DNA of 60,380 bases, filler included. It is 3 parts of 3 records of this genome, joined end to end, with 100 filler letters (N's around TTAATTAATTAA, not from the genome) between each part and the next. Parts side by side here need not be neighbours in the genome. Positions count along the whole stretch, not along the records: positions 1 to 29,962 come from SRR20825019_2012; 2 more parts are not named here. One strand, 5' to 3'. Below, one piece after another: positions 1 to 12,300 of this stretch; within the stretch, counting starts at the first letter, position 1, and each line of letters begins with the position of its first letter. The notes under the pieces were generated by a model. That model made no database searches, was not told the origin of the DNA, and was given only the letters and a program-made list of their open reading frames with translations. A program made the translations under genes and the position numbers.

Positions 1-240
1 CCCCCCCCGCCCCCCCCCCCCGCCCCCCCGGCTGGCCGGCCGGGGCGGCCGGCGGCGCCGCACCGCCGACCCGGCTGAGGACGGGAGCCCGAGCCGAGCT
101 GAGCCGCCGCGCGGGCCGGCCGGCCGGCTCCGGCGACCGCGGGGGCCGAGGCGCCGAGACTGACAGTGACGCCGAGGCTCGCTGGAGCCTGAGGCCCGCC
201 GGGCGGACCGGAGCGGCGCACCGCCTATTTGGGGGCCCCA
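1..240. promoter_or_regulatory. GC-rich island upstream of HDAC gene (probable promoter; contig starts inside it)
   Basis: Near-pure G/C runs with many CpG, unlike the balanced composition of the coding DNA; same signature as at the four internal divergent junctions. Confidence 0.5.
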
Positions 241-405
241 GGCCTGACTTGACCGGAGTAACACCTGAGAGCCGCTAGGCTCGTTACCACTCCAGCCGTT
301 CCGAAATAGCGTGCTGGGGGATCGCTGGAAATCGCAAGTGCGTGAATGCACGTATAAGTGCGGGATACTCAGTTCCCAGTGCTCACGACAAGCACAGGAC
401 TTGCA

Positions 406-3328
406 ATGGAAAACGATGAAGCTGCCGAACAGGCCACTAAACGGCCACTGGAAGATGAACCTGAAGGTTTGCAGTATAGGGCAGTGGTGAAAGTAGTGGC
501 TAACATCCACGCAGACGTTGAAGGTGGTAAACGTAGGAAAACAGAGGGTAGCGATGACCCGGAGAGTGGCCAAGCTGAAGTTGCGGATGAGCAAGAGGCC
601 CGTGAGGAGGACAACGGTGAGGAAAGTGAGGATGAGGATTTCGTTGATGATGGGACTCCCTTGTCCGAAGAGGACGACGAAGAGGACGACGAGGGTAGCG
701 ACAGCGACAGTCGAGACAATATTTTTTCGGATTTGATAGAACGAAATGGGGGTAAAGGCATTGGAGAACAGGCTCCTCCCCCAGGGCTACCTCCTACCTG
801 TATGTTACCGGCCTTGGCTTATTGTCTGCTAATTGCTGCGCAGCTCTTCTTGGTGCTATTAAGTTCTTCCATCACTACGGAATGGAGGCAGTGCAGAATA
901 CGCTGCAAAAGACGCTGGAGAAGGGTAGGACCATTGACAAACCGGATTATGGAAAGGACTACAGTCCCTTGCATTTTGCGGTCCGTCTTGAGGACGAACC
1001 CTCGGCGCTGATGCTGACATCTTTCCTGGTATCAAAGGGAGCCAAGGTACTGGTAACGTCTGCAATGGGTTCCATATTCTTACATGCGGGCCAGGTTGAT
1101 GTCAGTGATAGGGAAGGTGTTTCCCCTCTTGCACACGCAGCATCGCTGAATCGCCTGGACTTCTTGCATCTCCTCATGACCATGGGTGCTTCAGTCAATT
1201 ATTCCGACTGCGAGAAGTCGAAGCTTGGGTATGATGTAATGGCTTCAACATGTAGTGCTGCTGATAGCTCTCTAGTGATACACCTCTGCACTTTGCTTCA
1301 AGATGTGGATGCATACAGGCTGTCAAGCGTCTTGTCGAGTCTGGAGCAAACATATCACAACGAAATGGTCGGGGACAGCTTCCTTTCGATGTTGTGGGAA
1401 ATACGTGGGGTAGCCTTGCTTTGAAAAATCTTGTAATACCTAAAGAAGATATTGCGGAAGTGCGGCAGTACCTTCTTGCAAGAGGTTAGGGTTAGTTGTG
1501 TAATGCCTACCTATGCTAATGATGCACGTTCAGACCAATCGAGGCGAATAGCATTGTATTATCATACAGATTTTTTGCTCCACAGGAACATCCCGGAACA
1601 CCAGGAAGGAGTTGACCGTGTTACAAGTGTTATGAACATGCTACAGAAGCAGTTTTCTCCTGCAAACGAAAAGATGCGCCACGACATGCAGTTTACTCAA
1701 CAGTTTGATCTCTACACCGATTTCGAGCTTGGTAGGAATGAAGACATCCGTCTAGTGCACACCGAGGTGGGTTCGCTGGATCGGGTTTTCTGGATCGTGG
1801 CAACGACCGTGTATTAAGAGCTGTGCAGGATTATGTCAACTTTGTTGAAGATCTTACCGAAAAAATCAATGACGATGAGAAGGAACGCCTGGAGCTCGAT
1901 GACGCCACGCACAGTCCATTAGTATACAAATTCACGCCTGAACTTTTGGCCTGGCGGAAGTCCAATCGTGTTAAATTCAGTTCGGACACTGGATTCTCGA
2001 GTGGCACACTCCAGGCAGCGAGGCGGGCGGTGGGAGCATGTGTAGCTGTGAGTACGCGTGGTTGAGGCATATCAGTACTGACTTTCGACCGACGTAAAGG
2101 CTGTGGACGATGTTTGCTCCGGAAAGAACTCGGGGGCTTTCGCTGTAGTTCGTCCACCGGGTCATCACGCTGGGCCTGCAGGTTTGGTAGAGGTACTGCA
2201 CACTTGTAAACGTCAAGATTATATTCTCATTTTTTCTGAAGGAGGACTCCAGTTGCGGCTTCTGCATTTTCAACAATGTTGCTGTTGCTGCTGCATATGC
2301 CCTGAAGAAGTATCCGAGTCTTATCAAACGTGTCGCTATTCTTGATTTCGATGTACATCATGGAAACGGCACGGAAGCAATCATGGATGACGTGTTCCAG
2401 CCCCAAGATAAGCAGAATATATTCTTCGTATCGTTTCATTTGTATTCAGAAAAACATCACTTCTATCCCCAGTCAGGTGAGTGCGGGCTATGCAGAATAG
2501 TGATCAGAAATGTGCTAAGTAGACCACAGGAAAGTCGCAAAATCTGTCTAACAATGTATTAAACATCCCGTTGGCTCCGGTAGTTGAGTCAAGTGGAGTA
2601 GGTATTTCAATATTAGTACATTGGTGTGCGCTAATTCTGCTTTCTAGTCGGAAAAGTCTGATGACACTGACGATAACATGCCGGTTGGTCGTGAGGGATT
2701 TATTAGCGAAACAGAGTCACGCATGCTTCCTGCTCTTCGTGCTTTCCACCCTGATCTGATATTTATATCTGCCGGCTTCGATGCAGCAGAAAATGACTTT
2801 GGAAATGGCGGCTTGATGGATTTTGCCACTGACGACTACGCCTGGTTTACTGAGCAAGTGAAGGATATCGCGGATTTGACGTGCCATGGACGCGTCATTT
2901 CAGTTCTTGAGGGAGGGTATGGGGGCGATGGTCAAAGTCCTTCAGAACTGTATGATCGCAGTGTCTTGGCAAGAAATACATGCTCGCATGTGATGGCACT
3001 TGCAGGTTTGCAGCCTTTCTTCAACCCATTCAAACCTGCCACTCCATCTCCGTCGCCCTCGCGAGACGATGAGAATGAGGATCTTGATAATGGAGGTGCT
3101 AATGGTGAAGAGATCGACCGTGAACATGACGATGGTGCCCATGCGGACGATGATGGCCAGGGTGATGGCCAGGGTGATGGGCAAGATGATGGGCAAGGTG
3201 CCGGTAATGGCGACGGACATGATGAAGGCGTTGCTGGAATAGAGCACATGATTACTGTAGATAATATTAAGACAGAAACTCATACGGAGCTGGATCCAGA
3301 CAGCACAGTCCCTAAGCAAGATGAATAA
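406..3328 (+). CDS. Ankyrin-repeat-containing class II histone deacetylase (multi-exon)
   Basis: Acidic N-terminus; ankyrin motifs (YSPLHFAV, GVSPLAHAA, DTPLHFAS after splicing); HDAC motifs RPPGHHA, GFCIFNNVAVAA, ILDFDVHHGNGT, ISAGFDA, LEGGY. Short GT-AG introns, e.g. 467-514, 800-843, 1047-1094. Confidence 0.9.
3148..3200 (+). repeat. 12-nt imperfect tandem repeat encoding (DGQG/D)x4 in the HDAC acidic tail
   Basis: gatggccagggt gatggccagggt gatgggcaagat gatgggcaaggt. Confidence 0.7.
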
Positions 3329-3364
3329 AGCCATTTCCCCATAGTTTGTGATTGCACGATTGTT

Positions 3365-6171
3365 TTAGTCGTCATACTGTTCGACAGAACAGAGGTTTGA
3401 GCTTACAGCAGCATTCCTTAGTCCCGTCGCATGCGCAGATTTACCCCGCTTTAACTTAGCAAGACATACGAAGTGGCGCCAGCCTGCAGCAATTTTGTAC
3501 ACCTGCTTGTCTTCCAAACCTTCAAGGACTGAGAATGTCAGGTTTGTATTGGCCTTGAAAATGCCTTGGTAGGTTGAGCCGGACTCGGTGATGGCCAAAA
3601 CACAGTTATCTCCACAAGCAACTTCGCGGATTCTATGCCCCTCTATTGAAATGAACCGAGGGTAGAGCGATTCCACAGGTGGCTTCCTGTGCTGATGGAT
3701 AGTTCCCTGAGTTGTCATCAGGTATACATGTCCGTTATCTGAAATTGTACATCAGTAACATGGCAGCTTCATTGGTCATCCACACGCACCTGTCAGCCCC
3801 AGCGTGTGGAAGCTCCCACAAGCAACCGACTTGACTCCCTTGCGTTGCAATTCTACAACCATCCTAGGAGTCCGCTGATCATACTGGTCACCGTGCCCAA
3901 GTTGACCGTGCATTCCCCATCCCCAAGTATATAGCTCTCCATCAGCTGGACAACAGCTTGTCAAAATGGACACAATATACAGTCCCCAAATACTTACTTG
4001 AAATGGCCACGCTGTGATGCCCAGCGGCACACACTGAGCTGAAGCATCTCTGAAACTCTTGCACATGCGTTGGCTCGTGCCTGTCCTTCACATCATCGTG
4101 ACCAAGTTGCCCCTCTTCTCCGCGGCCACAAGAGTATATATCACCGATATCGGAGACCAACAGTGTGTGCGCCTCGCCACAGGCCACCCCCACCACATTG
4201 ATGTCTAGGAGCTCAGTAAGAACGTAAGGGAAGTTCCGGTCCTTTGTATCTCCTAGGCCAAGCTGGCCGTGATCATTCTTTCCCCAAGCAACAACCTCAC
4301 CACCATCTGTGCATATGACGCAGTGGCTTTCTCCACAAGCGATTTCGGTGATGTCTTGCTTGTCCACACGATCAATAAGTGTAGGCGTCTCCTGCCCATG
4401 CTCCCCTTCCTCATCCGCCAAAGTGCGGTGACCTAGCTGGCCATGCTTGTTGCTACCCCATGAATACAATTCACCATCTTCAGTAAGCACCAGCGTATGT
4501 GCACCACCACAGGCTATCTTCTTGACGCGGTTCTGTAAGAACGCGGTCACAACTGTTGGAAATGCAACACTGTTGCGGATTTCAAGTCCCAGTTGTCCTT
4601 CTAACCCCCTGAGCGGGACGTCAGCGACGGATCGAAACATGAGCACAAGAAACTACCTTCCCCATGAGTACATAGTCAGATTCTTGATGGAACTCAAAAG
4701 GTTTCCCCAAGCATCCCCGCCCAGTGCATCCGGCTTGATTTCGTCTGCAATTTGCTAATCAATAAAACATATCAACCCCTATAAATAGCAACATACTCGT
4801 AGAGGATGTACGGCGGAAGGCGTTCATCATAGTCGCGGCAATGGTCTTGCGACGTTCGGCCTTGCTCTTCTCCTCCTTCTTGCGGGGGTCGCCTTCGACT
4901 TCAAACTTGGGGAGCTGCGAAGGAATACTGTCGTTGTTCTCCTGCTCGCGAGCCTCAACCATTACTTCAATAGATAGGGGCATAGACATGCGCCGATCCT
5001 TGCTTCTGTTCTGTGGGGGCGTATTCTCGTTGGTAGGGCTGTCCTTAAAGCCTTCGATGACGGCATTCTTTCCGGTGCGGGGTCTCGAGAGCTTCATTTT
5101 CTCCAACTTTTTCTTGTTTTCTTCCATTTCCGTCACTGCCTTCCTCTGTTATATAACTTCAGCACAATCGCAGACAAATACAAATGAAGGCTGGCCTACC
5201 CTTTGGGCTTTTCGTTCTGCCTCATTGGCAAGAGGATCAAGGTGGGTCGCGCTAGATGGACGAGACGACAAAGACATGATGGGCTGTATATCGAGCATAT
5301 GGTACCCCAGCTTCTTCTTGTTGGCAGGTGGGGTCGTGTCTGAGTGCCTGTAGTTGTACTCGTTCAGGAAGGAATCCGTCGCGTTCACTTGGACCCTGAA
5401 GTTCCTGTCAACCTGAACACGTGTGTCAGATCCAGATAAAGGCTACAGAAATCAACATACAATCTTGGCGTTGTCGCGCTGCCATCTAGGCACGCCAAAC
5501 TCGTCTTCTGCAAGAAGGCTGCTGGAATCCTCATGATAAACCGAGCCTCGCCTACGTCCGTCGGTGTCGTTAAGACGTGGTTTAGGCTTTGCCTTTTCCT
5601 CCTCAGCCTGAAATTTGTAAGGAATAGCTCATCTCAACAAAATATGGGATACCTTTGGTTGCTGCCAGGTGACCTTCCTCTGCTCAACGTTGTCTTGATA
5701 CACAGAAGGCCAAGCGAGCTCTTCAGAAGTGTTGGACATGAAGGAGTTCACATTGTGTATCTGCCCTGTCCTATCCGCAAAAGGCGATCCTCCATATGCT
5801 GGGCGGCTTTGTGGAACAGCGGTCGATGCCCTTCTGCCATAAAGCTTTTCTCCAGGTGAAGGAGTGTTCGCGATATTCTCCTTAGACGCCTGCTGCTCTA
5901 GGAATTGCTGCCTCTTCGATGGCTTCAGAAAAGGCATATTATGGTTTCCCGCATTGGGAATATGCACGCCAGAACTCACAGACTCCAACGAGTCATTCTT
6001 CTCCCTTAGGCGGGAGGAGAATGGTCTCGCCCTGGAGTTCAGTGGCCTGGCGCTTGAAGGGCGCACCTCTGCTAGCGACATGAGTGCTACAGAATCTCAC
6101 GGTCGAAGTCTCGACTATATATCCACCCTCAGCATCATACGGCCGTGAACGCTAAACACTGACATGTCCAT
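3365..6171 (-). CDS. RCC1-repeat (beta-propeller) protein with long low-complexity N-terminus (multi-exon)
   Basis: Repeated IACGxxHTL / YSWGxNxHGQLG motifs in ORFs 3942-4646, 3776-4066 and 3365-3718, joined to upstream Ser/Pro/Arg-rich exons by GT-AG introns. Start is 6171 or 6081. Confidence 0.85.
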
Positions 6172-6539
6172 ACCCAGTCACCGGCGGTGTGCCAAGTGTA
6201 CTCTCGGCATGCAATGGATCTGTGGCCTATGCCAGCGCGATGGCTGTGTGTGGGCCCCATCGGTATGGACTACTTACTATGCATTGGCATAGAAGCCCCA
6301 CGCACTGCGCTCTCATGCTGAGTTCAAGCCGGCGAGGAACGACAACCGGGCTGCGGGGAGACGTGTCCAATAGCAGAGCGAAATCCGCCCAGACCCGCGA
6401 TTCACGGCCCGACCACGTCACCGTCAGGTTCCGCATTGGTCTTTGAATGTGAGTAACCGTTTCTTTTCGGCCCACCCTCGAATTTGAGTCAACTGATTTC
6501 CAAGAATCCGCCTCGAAACACTGTGCAATCCGCCGTCAG

Positions 6540-6965
6540 GAGTGCGGCGAGCGGCCGCCCAGGGGCGCTCAATGCCTTGCGCCACTCCTCAGGCCGCGTG
6601 CGGGCGCGGGCGCCGAGGCGATGCGACCATTGATGGGGGCAGGGGAACTCGGCCGGGCCGGCGGGGGCGGAGGCCGGCCCGGCTTGTCAAAGGGGGGGCC
6701 GCCGGGCGGTCCGCGTCAGCGGTTGGCTGCGGCCAGGTCCCCCAAAGACCGGGGCCGGTCGGAGTCGCGCTCCCGATGCCCGCTCACCCGGGCCCGGCGG
6801 GAGGCCGCGTTGGGCGAGGGAGTCCTGAGTGGGATGACCGCCGGTTTTTGCGAGGTTTAGCTAAGACAAAGCTCCGCAAGGACTGCCGGCCTGCGCTTGC
6901 GCGAAGCGGCCCGACGCCCAGCACTGCAGGACTCCCGGCCGAGCTGGCCGGGTCTTGGCGGCGGT
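6540..6965. promoter_or_regulatory. GC-rich island between divergent RCC1 and coiled-coil genes (putative bidirectional promoter)
   Basis: Abrupt rise in GC/CpG confined to the head-to-head intergenic region. Confidence 0.55.
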
Positions 6966-7215
6966 TGTAAATTGAGCGGTGTAGCAACTCTCCGTCATGC
7001 CCTTAGGCAACCGCGGTCATGAATCGCCACGTGCAAACCTGAAAAGGTTCTCGGGCTGCCCAAGGCGCGATGGCCGCGGGCTGGCGGGTCTACTAGCTAG
7101 AGCTTGTGGGCCACTGTAGTCTAACATATATTGGTGTAAGGTTGGGTTTGTGGAGAATATTAGAGCCGTGCTCAAAGAGAACCAGGGAGAGCTCTCGCTG
7201 CTAAGCGGAATTGGC

Positions 7216-9197
7216 ATGGACGTTCCGGCTGGGCAGTCTCCCAGTCTACCGCAGAGGAGCGCCCCTCGTTCTAGTACTCCAGCGGGCAAGCCACCCAAGT
7301 CCTCCCCTCTACGAGAAAAGTCCGACAGTTCGTCTACTATCTCGAAGATATCACCCCGGTCAACACCCCATCACCGCCCGACAAGTAATACCTTTTACGC
7401 ATCTATTTATGACCTCTCTCGAGGAAGCGCCAAGGACCGAGAAGATGAAGCAGGCACCAACGGGTCAACATACTCAGAAGGCAGTACCCCTGATACACAG
7501 TATCGAATTAAGTCTGCAAGAGGGAGGCTTCTCAAGGCCAAAACCACTTTATCTGCAAGCATGAGCAATCTTCAAAAGAAAATCCCTCTTACAAGAAAGG
7601 TCTGTGGTTTGGGTGGACAGCTTGCAACAGTTCTGATATTCCTGTAGTGGTCTCATCAAAGGAACAGATCGGCTTCGGATCCAGTGAGTTCAGCTCCTCA
7701 GTCATCAACAGGTGTAGGCGTGCAGTCAACGCAATTAGATCAGAGTAAGGGGACATCTTCAAGTCGCAAGTTCGATTCCGAACCTCTTCCCGAACCTCGA
7801 CGGATTGCAGAACCAACACCAGTGGGGTCAAATATTTATGAAACTGAAGTAGATACGATGACCCGATTGTACTCGCCTAACCTAGAATCTCATAAGGAGG
7901 AGGACCCTCAAAACTTACCTCGCCCAGTCAAGCAAAAAACAACATCCAGCCAGGAAATTCGCCGAAATATGTTGGTCCCGAAACGAGTCAAGTCAAAATC
8001 TGACTCTGAAGGTTCTCCTCCTAGTGCCCTGAACAGAAACGTTGTGAGAGAGAGAAGCAAGTACATCTCTCCGGGCGCCTCTCCATCCTCCTCCCGAGGA
8101 GTGTCGCCTGCACCAAGACCCCAGGCCTCAACTGTGCTGCAGTCGATCACAAGCAAGAAGTCACCTGAACCAGTTTCACCAATGCAAAGGATGGCGAGGG
8201 AAGGGATGACGATATCACCTCTAAGGAGAGGCTCCAGTGTACCCACTGAAATATCCTCCCCAACCAAAAAAGTCAATGCAGCGCCTTTGGTCAAGGAATC
8301 ATCTGAGCGCCTTTTGAAGGGACATCAGAAGAGGCGCTCGTCATCGCCTGCAGATTTGAGTGGTTCTGGCAGGCCTAGTGGTGCGCGCCAAGACACGAGC
8401 AATTCCAATATGGGTGGTCGGATCACTCCTCCGGAGCTGATGCGCCATACACCGTCGCCAACAAAACAAGCGGCAGGTCGGGGGAAGCCCTCCCCAAATT
8501 TAGAAAAAGCTGGTTCTTTCGTTTTAGGGACAGAGAGTGAACGCATTGTCATGCCCCCTAGCTTTCATCAGGTAGAAACCCGAGAAACAAGGCGGATGCT
8601 TGTATTCCCCGAAAACGATGACATGGACTTATCTCAATATGATGGCATTCAGGACGAGAACTTCTGGAAAACGCGCGCAAAGGAACTTTTTGGTGAAATC
8701 CGAGAAGAGAGGAATCGGCAGAGAGATATGGTGGAGTTGATAAACTCCTATGAAAGATTAAGAGAATCTTCAGAAATGGACGTTCTCGGCGCATTTCGTG
8801 CAGCAGAAAGCACGATGCAACGCAAGGAGAAGCAAATTCATCAACTTGAAGACGAGGTATCGTATCTTCAATGTATTTGAGTTCTAGCATGTAACTGTGT
8901 GGGCAGAATTTGCGTTTGAAAAGAACGCTTGAAGAATCTGAAAGTGCTCGCATGAAAGCAATGGAGGACTTGTCGCTCTTGAGCATAAAGTATCGAGACT
9001 ACTTCCAGCGCATGCAGTCAGACATGACGGTGGGTATAACAGATGAAACATAGTTTTGTGCCTTACGTTTTGATGGCCCCCAGGCTGCACTCAAGGAGAA
9101 GGATCGTGAGATTGCCGAGCTCAAAACCCAAAATGAAGAAGTGAAAGAACAAGGTGAAGCATTGATAGTAGCCGTGATGAAGCAATTTGCAGACTGA
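7216..9197 (+). CDS. Ser/Pro-rich protein with C-terminal coiled coil, weakly TACC-like (multi-exon)
   Basis: Exons from ORFs 7150-7647 and 7684-8880 plus two further exons ending AALKEKDREIAELKTQNEEVKEQGEALIVAVMKQFAD*. QRDMVELINSYERL and RMKAMEDLSLLSIKYRDYFQR loosely recall the TACC domain; family uncertain. Confidence 0.65.
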
Positions 9198-9318
9198 GGA
9201 GTTGCACACGCCAATATCGTCCATCATATCGCAAATGACTGATAGCGCCACCAATCTTGGGCGGGATGCCTGTGGCATGGCTGACAATGTAGGCATCATC
9301 CTTCACAACTAAAAGAGT

Positions 9319-12300
9319 TTATTCTTCCTTCTGCTTGCAATTCTTTTTCTTTCCCTTCTTCTGGCAATATTTGGCAATAGCATTCCCAATGTCAGGAACA
9401 TCAGGCGCAGTCACGGACACCCTAGTACCTTGGGCGGACTCCGTTGCAATATCCACTAGTTCCTTCATACCTAAATGATTGTTTTTCTGCAAAATTCCAA
9501 GCATACGCGAAAGCCTATCCATCAAGCCTTTGAGTTGTTCCAGAGACCCATGCATTATGGGAATTTTTCCTTGATTAATATCCATGTCAAGCTTCCCGAC
9601 TGCACCTACACCATTTTGTACTCCATTAGTGATCTTGGTGACCTGAGACGCCAAACCTTCAACGTTGACCTCCATATTGTTCAACACCCAATCGTAGTGT
9701 TTCTCTATCTTGTGGATATAATCAATAATGTGACTTTTCATCATATTGTCCTGAGACAGCGAGACTTCATGCAAGACACTCTCCTTAGAAGAGGAAACCA
9801 GATCCATATATTCAGTACTCAGAGTAGAAAGAGCCTTGGACACTTCCTCATGCTTCATACCAACGGTGGATTCAAACTTTTCAATGTCAGCTATATTTCC
9901 ATTAACTTCCGCTTCAAAGCGAGAGACATCGCTGCGTCCACTATTCTCGACATCCTCCTCCTCTTTCTTCATACGCTTGATTTCTTTGTCAATGCGTGTG
10001 AAAAACTCTGCCACTGAGTTCACTCTCTCTTCCACCTTAGTAACGGTCAGGCTGTCCGCGTTTTCTCTTCCGGTAATATATTTCTTGATATTACGTTTGG
10101 TTTTCGTCATCGCCAAATTCAAGCGTTCTCCGGTCAACTTAAGAGTTGTATCCATCCCCCTCTGAAGAGCCTCTCCGGCCGCTGCTAGAAGCTCATCATG
10201 TGCATTGTCGTAAAGTTCCTTGACAGTATTCGTCTCGGCCTCCCAGTGATGTTGAAGCTCTGTCATGCTCGTAATGAATGAATTGAGACCATCTTCTGCG
10301 AAATTCGTCGCATTCATCATTTTGTCCCAAAGATACCGATTTGTGTCACGTAGTTGATCAATCTTTTCCAATACTCGACCCTGTGCATCACCAAAATCTT
10401 TGCGGTTCTTCACCATGAAGTTGTGTTGGTCATGTTTCATTTCGAGAACAAATGCAGCTAAACCCTTCTTGTATATCCACTCCTTAACTTCCCCAAACAA
10501 GACAAGCCATTGACTGAATTCATCGGCCAACTTCGCCACATGTGTCTGGGTCTCCTGGTGCTCAGTATTCATGCCTTCTTCTTGATGATAGGCTTCTTCA
10601 AGCTCATTTTCATCTCCTGCACTCATCTTCTTGACAACTAGTCCCTTTTTTGACATGGCATTTCCTTCAGTCACGATATGCTTGGTCATCTGGCTGATCC
10701 TCTCTGCTTGAAGTATTAAGGGAGAAATACCCTTCAAGATTTCTTCTTGTTGATGCTCAGTTTTTTCGTGAAGCTCATTCCAGGGAAGAGACGATGGTGG
10801 CACTTCGAAGAAATTGCTGCATTTCTCAACTTTGGCTTCCGACAAAGTAGGGTCCAGTTTCATATTCACGATAAACTTGAGGCTGGCTTCCCTGCTTTTC
10901 ATCGCATTAAAGCACTCGTCCAACGTGTGTCCGGAAGATTCTGAAATCTCTTTGAGCACTTTGACAGAATCTTTCATGGTTGCCGTTGTAAGACAAAGCG
11001 GTTGGTACGCTTCTCCAGGGAAAGTCTCCTTGAACGTTGTAGTTCTGTAAGAATCCATCCAATCTTTAAGTGCCGAGTAACCAGGAAAGGGCTTGCTCCA
11101 GTGCCAAGCACATTCAAGCGCTTGTTTCGTCACGCCCATTTCCTTCGCTATCCGGGTCACAGCTGCAGCTGTATCTTCCTTCATCTGATCGCAAATGTCC
11201 TCTTTCTGAATTCGATCCTTGTTGTGCTGCTCATTGGCCTGTGACTCCTTATCATGGCCATCTTCACGTGCATCGCCATGCTGATTGTTCCCATGAGTAT
11301 CACCATCACTCTTTCCTTGATCCTTTCCCTGAGTGGTGTTGCCAGCCTTTGTGTCACTATCAGACTTGTCGCTGGCCTTGTCGCTGGCGTCATCACTTCC
11401 CTCATCTCTTTTCTTTGCGAGTTTCGCGCATTCCTCTACTTTCGCTTGCTTTGTGGTATAAGTGGCGTCGACTTCTTCAGCAGAAAGAGCTGCAGGATAG
11501 ATATCAAGTGAGCAGATTACGCCTTTCCACTTCTTGGAAGTTCCCGACGGATCAGCTGCACCAACTTCCATAGAACCATGATTCGTGAATTCTAGTGCAC
11601 GAATAGGCCACTTGACTTTGCATTTCTCCTCGAAATCCTTTTTGGTCCCTTCTTCCGAATTTCTGAAATCGTGCTTGCACTTGGGAAGCTTAGAATCTTC
11701 ACAGCACTGTGATTTATCTTCCGCAGGTGTTCCCACACAATACCCCATGTTGTTTCGAGGGTCTGCATCTGACTCGCATTTTTGTAAACACGTGCCTGAG
11801 GCCGAGCAGTGATTTCCTGCGTCTCCAAATACATTATGAGTATCGTGACAGCAAAAGGACCCCTCCGCACACCCCTTGGAGCCCTCGAGGTTACATCCTG
11901 TCTCAAGGGGTTGCAACTTGGAGTCCATACAGTAGCCATCTGATGATTCTAACCAGCCATCTGGGCATACCTTCGTGTAGTCTCTCTCACCAACAGCAGA
12001 CGACTTCACTTCTCCGTTAACATAAAGCTTGGCGTCACCGCTCTCCCCATCATATGCTACCATAACCTGTGCTGTCTTCAAGTCACCCAAATCGGCATCA
12101 AAGGTGATGGATTTTGCAGACTTGCACTTCTCGGACAGAATAAAGTTGCCCTTCTGAAGACTCAACTCAGGACCTCCACAAGGGTTATTCTCGTTGCTAC
12201 GGTTCAACAAAACTTGTGCATCGTCCGATTCTGCGTCCTTAAATGAGACAACTGCAGAAACAGTGAACTTTCCATGCCACATGTTTGCAGGAACGTCGTG

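Noticed and set aside
1484-1496. GTTAGGGTTAG telomere-like word
   Set aside because: Fewer than two units, at the start of an intron; chance.
6542-6987. Gly/Arg/Pro-rich ORFs in GC islands (also 13761-14035, 16073-16634, 20671-21198)
   Set aside because: Stop-codon depletion in GC-rich DNA; no recognisable domains, and overlapping ORFs on both strands.
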